This document shows positions 41,565-51,294 of a DNA stretch of 64,000 bases, in pieces. Made by a program: the position numbers and the translations under genes. The stretch comes from an uncultured delta proteobacterium (GTDB taxonomy: Bacteria; Desulfobacterota; Binatia; JACPRU01). Under the pieces are notes generated by a model, which did no database searches, was not told the origin of the DNA, and saw nothing but the letters and a program-made list of their open reading frames with translations. Each line of letters opens with the position of its first letter. The first letter of the stretch is position 1. The DNA lies in assembly GCA_963745025.1 (NCBI GenBank), contig CAVUWD010000020.1:128001-192000 (forward strand). Direction: 5' to 3'.

Positions 41565-43040
41565 TCACAGCCGAATCGTCGCCTCGACGTAGCCGAAGTC
41601 CGCGTCGTTGCCCTTGAAGATGGCGCTCACCACGTCGCCGCCGAAGAGATGTCCGTAGTACGTGCCGATGGTGAGCCAGGCGTTCCAGTCGTAGTTGAGC
41701 GAGGTCTCGATCACGCGCATGAGATCGTGATGCCCCGAAGCGGGCCTGCCGGAGTAGCCGAAGCCGGCGTCGCGGTTCGAGACCGTGGCACCCGAGCCCT
41801 GATACCAGAGATCGTTCGCCTCGCTCAGCTGGATGTCGTGAAAGGCAGTGCGAGACATCAGGCCCGAGATCGGGCGGAGCAAGACCTCGGCGAAGCCGTC
41901 CTGGTTGTTCGAGAGGTTGTAGTAGGTCGAGTACGAGTAGATCCGGCCGGTCGGGAGAATCTGGAAGAACGTCTGGTGATCGCCGTCGTTCGGATCGTCA
42001 TCGCCGGACGTGCGGCCGTAGCCGATGCGCAGCCACGGCTTCCACGCCACGCCGGCGGGCTGCCATCCCGCTTCGAAGTCCCACGCCCACCCGTTGTGGT
42101 CGAGCTCTCCCCACTGGCCCTGCTGCACCACGCCCCAGGCCAGCGCTTCGAACGGGCCGGCGGCGGTCGGAAAGACCTGAATGTAGTGGCCGCCCTCGGA
42201 GTGGATCTCGATGTGCTGGCGGTCGAGCGCGCGCACGTCGAGCGGACGATTGTCGGTCTTCAGCAGGCCGCGGCCGTCGGAGTAGTAGATGTAGAAGAAG
42301 CGAGCGTCGCTGTTTTTCGCGAACTCCGGCCGCGTCAGGTTGAGCCCGAGGTAGCCGAGATCGATCTCGCCCATCTCCTTGTTGCCCGCCAGATCGAACC
42401 CGCCCTGCGTCGGGTGCGAGGCGAGCGCGGTCACGTTGACGGGCGCGCTCGTCCAGGCCGCCGTCACGCCGTCGAACGAGCGTCCGACGTGCGAGAAGCC
42501 GAAGGGACCGATCAGCCGCTGCGACAGCCGCAGGTTCTTCAACCAATCGAGCGTCGGCTCGCCCGTCAGAACCTCCGAGCCCTCGCTGAACTCGAAGCGT
42601 CCGCCTTTGACCGAGAGCCCATCCACCCAGAGCTGCTTCAGGTTCAGATAGGCCTGCTTGAGAAACACGCTCGCATCGTTCTGCGCCCGATTGTTCGCGA
42701 AGTAGACGGCGCCGAGGTCGAGCGCACCTTGCGGGGGAGGAAGGATCGCGTCGTTGGGCAGACCGAACAGCGCCGAGTTCTGGCCTTCCACCAAGAGATC
42801 GAACAGGTCGCTCTTCCAGGCGATCGCACCTCGGAGCACGGTGGCGCCGAAGGCGTAGTCGTTGTTCGCGGTGCCGCCCGGATCGAAGAAGTTGTGGAAT
42901 TCGCCGCGCGTCCTGAGGCTCGCGCTGACGCGGAGATTCGGCGAGATGTCATCGAGCGCGACCTCTGCGACCGCGGGCCGCAGCGACGCCGCGAGCCCCA
43001 GGTACGCAAGCGAGCACACGAGTCGTCTCTTCATTGTCAT
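41565..43040 (-). CDS. Alginate export family outer-membrane beta-barrel
   Basis: Signal peptide, LRTRGE, GRSFDG, SGDDDPNDGDHQTF, amphipathic C-terminal strand. Confidence 0.8.
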   Translation of the reverse strand: MTMKRRLVCSLAYLGLAASLRPAVAEVALDDISPNLRVSASLRTRGEFHNFFDPGGTANNDYAFGATVLRGAIAWKSDLFDLLVEGQNSALFGLPNDAILPPPQGALDLGAVYFANNRAQNDASVFLKQAYLNLKQLWVDGLSVKGGRFEFSEGSEVLTGEPTLDWLKNLRLSQRLIGPFGFSHVGRSFDGVTAAWTSAPVNVTALASHPTQGGFDLAGNKEMGEIDLGYLGLNLTRPEFAKNSDARFFYIYYSDGRGLLKTDNRPLDVRALDRQHIEIHSEGGHYIQVFPTAAGPFEALAWGVVQQGQWGELDHNGWAWDFEAGWQPAGVAWKPWLRIGYGRTSGDDDPNDGDHQTFFQILPTGRIYSYSTYYNLSNNQDGFAEVLLRPISGLMSRTAFHDIQLSEANDLWYQGSGATVSNRDAGFGYSGRPASGHHDLMRVIETSLNYDWNAWLTIGTYYGHLFGGDVVSAIFKGNDADFGYVEATIRL

Positions 43041-43199
43041 CCTACCCCCCCTTTGGTTCGAGACTCGCCCGAGCTCGGAAGACGGGTGCGGGCGTCGAGC
43101 CGGGGCAGCAGGCATACGAACGCAAATTAGCATACTTCGATCGGGTCCCGGACCGCGGTCTCTCTGCCGGCGAGAATCGCCCCTCCCTGCGTCGGCTCG

Positions 43200-43380
43200 A
43201 TGAGCCCCATGACGATCGACAGAATGGTCGACTTGCCGCCGTTGGCGGATCAGCTGAAGCAGGTGTTTCTCGAACTGATGCGGAACGCCGTGCAGGCGAC
43301 GGATGCCAGCGGGTGCCTCCGGGCGAACACCCGGCTCGAGGCGGGCGTCGTCGTCGAGATCCAGGCCGAGCTCGGACTGC
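43200..43380 (+). pseudogene. Fragment of a sensor histidine kinase HATPase domain
   Basis: [22 protein letters not shown]...G.L...TRLE..VVVEI is a decayed N-box; G-boxes are absent. Confidence 0.5.
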
Positions 43381-43637
43381 TTGTTCGCAACCGAAGCGGT
43401 CGCAGCGTGGATGAGCTGCCGACCGAAGTGTCGGATCGAGGCGCCGTGCGACGTTCGGCAGCTCCATCCGCGTCGCGGCGGATGAGTCGGGACCGAATGC
43501 GTGCCGAGACCAGCGTGCCGCTGCCGTCAGCTCGATCCGCGTATGCGTCGGACGTTGCCACCCCGGAGGTGTGTGGGTATAGTCCGCTGCGGCCGCGCAC
43601 CCGGGGAGAGGCATCAACGCGAGGAGGTTGTTCAGGA

Positions 43638-45299
43638 ATGGGATACATCCACGGTGGCAGGGTCGTAGCCCGAGCACTCCGCGCCGAGAACGTGCCGTTC
43701 GTGTTCACGCTCTGCGGCGGCCACGTGATGTCGATCTACGACGGCTGCCTCGACGAGGGCATCCGCGTGGTCGACGTGCGCCACGAGCAGACCGGCGGCG
43801 CACGCCGCCGACGGCTGGGCGCGCGTCACGGGGCAGCCCGGCGTCGCCATCGTCACGGCCGGCCCGGGCCTCACCGACGCCGTCACCGGCGTCGCGAACG
43901 CGCAGCGCGCCAACATCCCGATGGTCATCATCGGCGGGCAGGGGCCGCGCGTCTTCGCAGGACATGGGCGTCGCTCCAGGACATGAACCACGTCGAGCTG
44001 ATGCGGCCGATCACCAAGTGGGCCGTGTCGCGTGCCCACGGCGCACCGCCTCGGCGAGTACGTCGCCACGGCGTTCCGCATCGCGACGACCAACGTGCCC
44101 GGCCCGGTGTTCCTCGAGATGCCGCTCGACTTGCTGTTCGAGCAGGTCGACGAGATCTGCCGTCGTCTTCCCGCACGCAGTACCGCACCGAGGCCGGGGC
44201 TTGCGGGCGATCCGCGCTGCGATCGAGCGCGCGTTCGAGCTCCTCAGCGGCGCGAGCGGCCGGTGGCCTCGTCGGCAGCCAGCTCTGCTGGTCGCGGCGG
44301 CGCGAGGCGTACCCGAGTTCGTCGAGACGTTCGGGCATGCCGATCTACGTGAACGGGCAGGCGCGCGGCAGCTCGCCGCCGGGACGATCCGCACTTCTTC
44401 CTGCAGACTCGCAAGGACGCGCTCAAGAAGGCGGACGTCGTGCTCATCTTCGGCACGCCGCTCGACTTCCGCTCGGCTACGGCCGCGGCTCGCACATCAA
44501 TCCCGAGGCGAAGCTCATCCAGGTCGACCTCGACGGCGCGCGAGCTCGGACGCAACCGCGCCTGCGACGTCGGCATCATCGGCGACACGGGCCTGGTGAT
44601 GGAGCAGCTCACCGAGCTCGCCGCGTCCGAGGGCTACCAGAAGGCCGTCGCTGCGGCGTGGCTCGCGGACCTGCGCGCGCGACGAGAACACCAAGTGGGC
44701 GAAGATGCAGCCCGCAGCTCGAGCTCGGACGCCGCGCCGGTCAATCCGCTGCGCGTCTGCACCGAGATCGACGGCGTCGTCGACGACGACACGATCGTCA
44801 TCGGCGACGGCGGCGACTTCGTCGGCACGGCCGCCGATACGTGCTCGCCCGCGCGGCCCGGCCACTGGCTCGATCCCGGCCCGCTCGGCACGCTCGGCGT
44901 CGGCCCGGGCTACGCGATGGCGGCGAAGCTCGCGCGCCCGAAGAGCAACGTCATCATCATGTACGGCGACGGCTCGTTCGGCCTGAACGCGATGGAGTTC
45001 GAGGCGATGCGTCCGCCAGAAGATCAACGTCGTCGGCGTCGATCGGCAACGACGCCGGCTGGACGCAGATCCGCCGCGGCCAGGTGCAGCTCTACGGTCC
45101 GGAGCGCACGCCGGCGACTGCGCTGAGCTACACGCGCTACGACCAGGTGGTCGAGGCGCTCGGCGGCCACGGCGAGTAGGTCGAGACGCCGGAGGACATC
45201 CGGCCGGCGCTCGAGCGGGCGCTCGCTGCCGGCAAGCCGGCGTTGGTGAACGTGAAGATCGGCCGCAGCGACTTCCGCAAGGGCGCGATCTCGGTCTGA
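43638..45299 (+). CDS. TPP-dependent enzyme (acetolactate synthase-like / 2-hydroxyacyl-CoA lyase group), broken by many indels and one in-frame TAG
   Basis: [51 protein letters not shown], in shifting frames. Confidence 0.85.
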
Positions 45300-45315
45300 G
45301 CTCGGCAGCTTCGCG

Positions 45316-46052
45316 ATGGACCGCACGGCTGGAATCGTCGTCATCGGCAACGAGATCCTCTCGGGGAAGGTCGACGGACACCAACTCGCCGTTCCTCGCG
45401 CGCGAGCTGCGCAGGCTCGGCGTGGATCTCCGCGCGATCAGCGTGATCCCGGACGATCTCGACGCCATCGCGCGGACGGTCCGCGACTTCCACGAACGGT
45501 TCGATCTGGTGTTCACCTCGGGCGGCGTCGGGCCGACGCACGACGACGTGACCATCGAGGGGATCGCTCGCGGCTTCGAGCGGCGGGTGATCCGCCAGCC
45601 CGAACTCGAGCAGAAGCTTCGTGACTTCTACAAAGAGAAGGTGAACGAGGCGCGACTCAAGATGTCCGAGGTCCCCGAGGGGGCCGAGCTCATCTACGGC
45701 GGGACGCTGGCCTTCCCCACGATGAAGATCGAGCAACGTCTACATCCTGCCCGGCATTCCCGAGATCCTGCAGTCCAAGTTCCTGGCGATCCGCGAGCGC
45801 TTCGCGGCCGATCCGTTCTACTTGCGTATCGTGTACACACGGGAAGGCGAAGGCGCGATCGCGCAGTACCTGAACGACACGCTTAGGCTCTTTCCCGATC
45901 TGCTGCTCGGCTCGTATCCGAAGATCGGCGATCCCGAGTACGTGGTCAAGCTCACGCTCGAGTCGAAGGATCGCGGTTACGTCGAGCGCGCGTTTGATCA
46001 CTTGCTGCGCATTCTGCCGCAAGGTTGTGTGGCGAAGACCGAAAGCCCGTGA
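45316..46052 (+). CDS. Stand-alone CinA-N / MoCF-like (COG1058) pyrophosphatase domain protein (insertions near 45374 and 45734)
   Basis: VIGNEILSGK, DTNS, TSGGVGPTHDD, ILPGIP, GSYP. Confidence 0.88.
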
Positions 46053-46065
46053 GGAGGAAGCAACA

Positions 46066-46392
46066 ATGCGAAGATGGCTCGTGATGCTGGTGCTCGTATC
46101 GATGCTCGGAGGCGTCGTGCCCCGCGCCGGGGCGGGTGATTACGCTTCGGATGCAGGTCTGGGCACCGCCTGCGTGTTCATCAATCTGCTCTACATGCCC
46201 GCCAAGCTCGTATATGCAACGCTCGGCGGACTGACGGGCGGCATCGCCTACTTGCTGACCGGGCTCAACTACGACGTCGCCGATCGGATCTGGGCTCCGT
46301 CGCTCGGCGGGAACTACGTGGTAGTCCCCGCCCATCTGCGAAACGAGCAGACGCTCTATTTCAGCGGCTCCGTCGAAGAAGAGCAGAAGTAG
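46066..46392 (+). CDS. Hypothetical exported/membrane protein
   Basis: GAGGAGG RBS, signal peptide, hydrophobic Gly-rich helix. Confidence 0.7.
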   Translation: MRRWLVMLVLVSMLGGVVPRAGAGDYASDAGLGTACVFINLLYMPAKLVYATLGGLTGGIAYLLTGLNYDVADRIWAPSLGGNYVVVPAHLRNEQTLYFSGSVEEEQK

Positions 46393-46495
46393 CCGCGCTC
46401 CTCGCGGCGCGCTTGTGATCCTTCGACTACGGGGCGACGTTCCCCATATAGTTCAGTCGGAGCGCTCGGGCCGCCGCGAAGGAGGTGTCGTCATC

Positions 46496-47101
46496 ATGAA
46501 GGGGATTCTGACGGCGGTTGCAGTCGTCATCGTGCTGGTCCTTGCGTTTCTCGGATACAAGTACTGGGAGCTCCAGCAACAGGCGGCAAAATATGCGAAC
46601 GCCAAGGAGGTCGCTGCGGAGTCGATCGAGAAGGACGGAACCAAGTGGACGATCCATATGGAATCGGTCCTGATGCAGCCGATCGGCAAGGTCTGGACGG
46701 CGCTCCACCAGCCCGAGCGATCTCACGAGTTCATCGAGGCGTTCAAGAAGTCCGACCTCAAGAAGGAAGAGGGCAACAGCAAGATCGTCGAGTTCCAGGT
46801 CCAGGTGCTGACGCTGCCGCCGCAGACCTTCGTCGTCCATCTGACCTTCGACGATGCGAGCCACACGATGAAAGCCAAGGCGCTCTCCGGGCCGCAGGAT
46901 CAGGACGCAACGTATCGGCTGTCCTCGCTCGATGCCAACAAGACGCTGCTCGTCTACGATGCGACGGCTACCGACAAGATCTCCATGCCGTTGCCGCTCT
47001 CGCTACAGAAGGGCATCATACGCGAGCTCTTCGTGAACCAGGTCCGGGCGATCGAGAAGGGGATCGCGCAAGACGAGGCGAAGACCAAGGCTGCGGCCTG
47101 A
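46496..47101 (+). CDS. Membrane-anchored SRPBCC/START-like protein
   Basis: AAGGAGG RBS, N-terminal TM helix, PIGKVWTAL..PE pattern, C-terminal helix. Confidence 0.65.
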   Translation: MKGILTAVAVVIVLVLAFLGYKYWELQQQAAKYANAKEVAAESIEKDGTKWTIHMESVLMQPIGKVWTALHQPERSHEFIEAFKKSDLKKEEGNSKIVEFQVQVLTLPPQTFVVHLTFDDASHTMKAKALSGPQDQDATYRLSSLDANKTLLVYDATATDKISMPLPLSLQKGIIRELFVNQVRAIEKGIAQDEAKTKAAA

Positions 47102-47271
47102 GGAGTGTCGTGAGTTGACGAGCGCTGATGGACGACGGCGACTCGTCCTCTTCACCAATCCCCACCCCCTGGCCCCCGTTCCAACCCACTACCCATCCGC
47201 AAGCCAGATCCGCGTGCCATCCGAGGAAAAGCCGCCGCCGCACGGTGCTCGTGCCATGACTGATCGCCCGA

Positions 47272-47332
47272 TGTCAAGGAAAAAATACTATATCTAGGGT
47301 GTCGACTCGCTTTTAGCCACAATATATGGGTT
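47272..47332. promoter_or_regulatory. Tandem NrdR boxes next to a TTGACA -35 on the minus strand
   Basis: ATACTATATCTAGGGT (47285-47300) and CCACAATATATGGGTT (47317-47332), 32 bp apart; match the acaCwAtATaTwGtg consensus. Confidence 0.75.
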
Positions 47333-47498
47333 TCGATCACGGCATCGACTTCAGCCAACGTCGCCCGATTCGACGCAAGGCGAGCTCGCGAAACCACAAC
47401 CCGCGAATGCTCTCCAGGTGGGCGGGGAAGCTCTGGCTCGAGTTCCGCGAGTTGAGGCGAGAATCGCCGCCCGCGGCACCGGAGCGAGATCACATGGT

Positions 47499-48556
47499 CT
47501 AGGCCGCGCGATCCTTGCGAAGCTCTTGCTCGAGGCGTAGCGCTTCCGACTCGTCCGCGTGCATGCCTTCCTCGGGATTCAAGGAGGCGAACTCGAGCAC
47601 GCCCATGTCCTTGAACGCGGCTTGGATGCGCTTCCCCCAGAGTCCGATGCTCTTCAGCGTCGGTACGATGCGCATGAACAGCGCGCGGCGATAGAATCGC
47701 AGAAGCTCGGATTCCTCGACGTAGCGACAACATTCCTCGGCGTCGTAATCGAGCCTCCGCCAGACTTCCTGCCCGAGGAAGCGATCGCGCAACAGATACG
47801 CTGCTTCGACGCAGAACTGCTCACGCTCGTCTCGCTCCTTGTCCGTCAGCTGCGGGTAGTAGTCGCGCAGCGCCAATAGGCCGAACGCCACGTGACGGGC
47901 CTCGTCCTGCATCACGTAGGCGTTGACTTCGCGCGCGGTCGGCTCGGTCGCGTTGTCGCGGATCGTTCCGAAGGCCCCGAGCGCCACGCCCTCGATCATG
48001 ATCTGCATGCCGAGGTAGGTCATGTCCCAGCGCGAATCGCGGAGTATCTGGCCGAGGAGCTGTGCGAGATGCGGATTCATCGGGTAGGCCAGATCGATCT
48101 TCTCGCGCAGATAGCGTGAGTAGTCTCGACGTGGCGGGCCTCGTCCATCACCTGGGTCGCCGCGTAGAACTTCGAGTCGATCATCGGTACGGTCTGCACG
48201 ATCTTGGCGGTGCACACCAGCGCTCCCTGCTCACCGTGCAGGAACTGGGAGAACTGCCACGCCGCCATGTGCCGCCGGACGTTGCCTCGTTCCTCCGCAT
48301 TGAGACGCTCCCACGTGGGGGAGCCGAAGATCGGCATGAACTCGTCCGGAACGCCGAGAGGATTCTCCATGTTGATCTCGCGCGTCCAGTCGATGCGCTT
48401 GCCGCTGTCCCACTGCAGGTCCTTGCCCTTTTGGTAAAGGTTGAGCAGCTTCTCGCGGCCGGCCGCGTAGTCGTAGTCGAAGGTCGTCTTCACCGAGTCG
48501 CTGGCGACGCTCCACGTTGGGTCGGCGAGCGCTTCGACGTAGCTCTGCATTTTCAT
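47499..48556 (-). CDS. Ferritin-like diiron protein (AurF N-oxygenase-like family), 1-nt deletion near 48124
   Basis: QFLHGEQGAL, QVMDEARH, QIMIEG, VMQDEARH: two ExxH sites. Confidence 0.88.
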
Positions 48557-48782
48557 CGTCTCTCCTACGATATTCTGAGGTAAAGGGATTATTGCTATTA
48601 CATCACACCTATTTGTCAAATCGCCGTGTCCTGGTACAGATGAAGTTCTCCCGTACCCGCCCGAGCACCTGCACCGGTTCTCGCTGCATGGCTGCGCGGA
48701 GCGATCGGTGCCACGTCGCTCGCCGCCGCCCTAGCCTGAAGATTCCATTGCGTCGCGGCCAATCCGTGATTAGCTGTAGCCC

Positions 48783-49634
48783 ATGAACGAATGGGTCAAG
48801 GACGTGACGGATGTGACCTTCGATCGGGAAGTCATCGAGCAGTCGCGGCGAGTCCCCGTGGTGATCGATTTCTGGGCGCCGTGGTGTGCCCCGTGCCGGG
48901 CGCTCGGGCCCGTGCTCGAGCGGCTCGCGGAGGAGCACGGCGGCGCCTTCGTGCTCGCAAAAATCAACGTCGACGAGAACCCGCAGGTCTCGACCGCGTT
49001 CGGTATCCGTAGCATCCCGGCGGTGAAGGCGGTTCACGAGGGTGAGGTCGTTGACGAATTCGTCGGCGCGCTTCCGGAGGCAACCCTGCGTCAGTTCTTG
49101 CGGGGAATTCTGCCGAGCGAGTCCGACCGACTCGCCGAAGAGGCGCGCAGCGCCGAGCATCGCGACGACCGTGACGGCGCTCTTGCGCTCTACCGCCGCG
49201 CGCTCGAGGGCGACCCGAATCATCCCGTGGCGCGGCTCGGCCTCGGCCGTCTGCTCTCCGATTCTGATGCAGACGCTGCGCTCGCCGAGCTCGATCGCGT
49301 TCTGCCAGCGACGGCAGAGCGTACGGAAGCCGACCGGCTCGCGGCGCGCCTGCGGCTCGGACGAGAGAACGGGCCCGGTGATGCCGAGCTTCGCGCACGC
49401 CTCCAGATGGAGCCGAACGATCTCGAGGCACGTCTCAAGCTTGCTCGGCTGCTGGCGGCGCGACAAGAGTACGAAGCGGCGCTCGCTCATCTTCTCGAGG
49501 TCGTCAAGCGCGACCGGAGCTACGAAGACGAGGCCGGACGCAAGTCGATGCTCGACATCTTCCAGATTCTCGGCTCCGCGAACCCGCTGACCGAGAAATA
49601 CCGCAGCGAGCTCGCCCGGGTGCTGTTCAGCTAG
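48783..49634 (+). CDS. Thioredoxin-TPR co-chaperone (YbbN/CnoX-like)
   Basis: DFWAPWCAPC, SIP, TPR helices, C-terminal YRSELARVLFS. Confidence 0.92.
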   Translation: MNEWVKDVTDVTFDREVIEQSRRVPVVIDFWAPWCAPCRALGPVLERLAEEHGGAFVLAKINVDENPQVSTAFGIRSIPAVKAVHEGEVVDEFVGALPEATLRQFLRGILPSESDRLAEEARSAEHRDDRDGALALYRRALEGDPNHPVARLGLGRLLSDSDADAALAELDRVLPATAERTEADRLAARLRLGRENGPGDAELRARLQMEPNDLEARLKLARLLAARQEYEAALAHLLEVVKRDRSYEDEAGRKSMLDIFQILGSANPLTEKYRSELARVLFS

Positions 49635-49643
49635 CCGGCAGCC

Positions 49644-51140
49644 TCATTTTCCCGCGTCGACTTCGAAAAACTCGCACACTCGAAACGGGGCGAGCAGCCG
49701 ATGGTTGGAGGTCGCGGAGACGCGATAGGAACCCGGAGCGGGGGCCCTCCAGGAGCTCACCCAACGACCGGGATGCTTCGCGTCCGCATGCACGCGCAAG
49801 ACCTTTGCTGCGACGCGCGTGCCGAGATGCCCCAGCTGTTCGACGCGCAACGAGATCCGCATCGATCGCGCATCGAAGGGATGTCCGCTGGCGCTGCGTG
49901 CGCCGATGCGGAACGTGATCGGTTGCCGCACGCGGTAGAAGGGCCTCGAGACCGTGACCGACAAGCTGTCGGCCTCGATTCGCAGGTAGTCTTCCGCTGC
50001 CCGGCGCATCGTGAAGCGCGGCAGCGGAGTCGACGGCGGCGGGGCAGTCGCTCGTCGCTTCTCGAGCAAGTCGACGACGTGCGCATGGACGGTCGGATCG
50101 GCGACCAGCATGCCGTGTGTCTGCGGCACGTAGAACCACTGGCCGTCGAAGCCGGTCGGTGCCGGTGCCTCGGCGCTGAAGCGCGGCACCGTTCCGTCTC
50201 CATCACTCTCGCTCTCGTTTGCATCGCGGTCGATCGACAGCGTCCCGTTCGGCAGCAAGCGTCCGATCTCGACCGTCGGCTGGCCGATGCCGACGATCGA
50301 CCGCGCCACCATCTGCTCATAGCCGGCGGTCGACCGGTTCCGAGCATGCCGATCGACGATGTCACGGTGGAATTGTCGGGCGCGCCCGATCTTTTGGTGC
50401 TCGAAGGTTGGGATGCGGATGTCGAACGGGGAGACCACTTCGCCGTTGAAGGTGCGGATCGCCGGGTAGCGGGGCAGCAGCTCATAGACGGAAGTCAGCG
50501 TGCGGGCCACCGGAGTCAGATCGTTCAGAGGCAATCCGTAGCTCTGAAAGTCGAGACCGAAGTACAACAGATCGAGTGCCCGGATGGATCCGAGAAACGG
50601 CGTACCGATGGAGATGATCGAGCGGATTGTCGGCCAGCCGCCCTCGATGTCGGCAAACGCGTGAGCGACGATCCCGCCCATCGCGTGGCAGACGAGGGCG
50701 ATTTTCGCGTCGCGGTTGCCGGACCGGCTCCGCCAGGCCTGCAGCCAGCCTTCGGCCTTAGTCGCTAGGCGGCGGGCGGCGACGCGCAGATCCCGCCGCC
50801 AGTCGTACGCGAAGAGTTGGAGGTTCTCGCCGAGGCGCAGCGACAGCTGCCTCTGCATCGCGCTCGCCAGCGCACCGTAGCCCCCCACCTTCACGAAGCG
50901 CCCGACGACGAGAATGTTCTCGAGCAGGCCGTCGGGCATGACACCGTCACCGAGATCGTCGAGCGACGGGTCATCGCCGCCGACGCTCAGATGCGCCAGG
51001 TCAGCCCCATGCCTCCGTATCCATTGAAGAAAAGTGCGCGATCCGTCGCCCCAAAAGGGAACGCCGTTATGAGCAAGACGACTGCCGAAGATTCCGGGTA
51101 CGATGATGACGAGATCACCGAATTTTGCCCGCGGGGCCAT
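49644..51140 (-). CDS. LCAT/PGAP1-like lipase/acyltransferase-fold protein
   Basis: VPGIFGS, FAYDWR, CHAMGG, GTPFLGS, GDGTVP, H; extra C-terminal beta domain. Confidence 0.82.
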   Translation of the reverse strand: MAPRAKFGDLVIIVPGIFGSRLAHNGVPFWGDGSRTFLQWIRRHGADLAHLSVGGDDPSLDDLGDGVMPDGLLENILVVGRFVKVGGYGALASAMQRQLSLRLGENLQLFAYDWRRDLRVAARRLATKAEGWLQAWRSRSGNRDAKIALVCHAMGGIVAHAFADIEGGWPTIRSIISIGTPFLGSIRALDLLYFGLDFQSYGLPLNDLTPVARTLTSVYELLPRYPAIRTFNGEVVSPFDIRIPTFEHQKIGRARQFHRDIVDRHARNRSTAGYEQMVARSIVGIGQPTVEIGRLLPNGTLSIDRDANESESDGDGTVPRFSAEAPAPTGFDGQWFYVPQTHGMLVADPTVHAHVVDLLEKRRATAPPPSTPLPRFTMRRAAEDYLRIEADSLSVTVSRPFYRVRQPITFRIGARSASGHPFDARSMRISLRVEQLGHLGTRVAAKVLRVHADAKHPGRWVSSWRAPAPGSYRVSATSNHRLLAPFRVCEFFEVDAGK

Positions 51141-51231
51141 CCTCGACGTCTGCCGGAGAAGGTGCGAGGCGGAGATAGGGGAATCAGCGGGGAAAGTAAA
51201 CGAAAACGAGCGACTTTACCGGGCGGGAAGC

Positions 51232-51267
51232 AAAAAATTGGGGGAGGGACACAGTATCCCTCCCCCC
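51232..51267 (-). terminator. Intrinsic terminator after the peroxiredoxin gene
   Basis: GGGGGAGGGA-TACTGTG-TCCCTCCCCC then AATTTTTT on the minus strand. Confidence 0.8.
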
Positions 51268-51294
51268 GCGCCAGACATCGGTAGCAGAGCTACG

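Noticed and set aside
47499-48556. Diiron protein as the RNR beta subunit controlled by the NrdR boxes
   Set aside because: Its motifs fit the AurF-like ferritin family, and the boxes lie at its 3' end, not its promoter.
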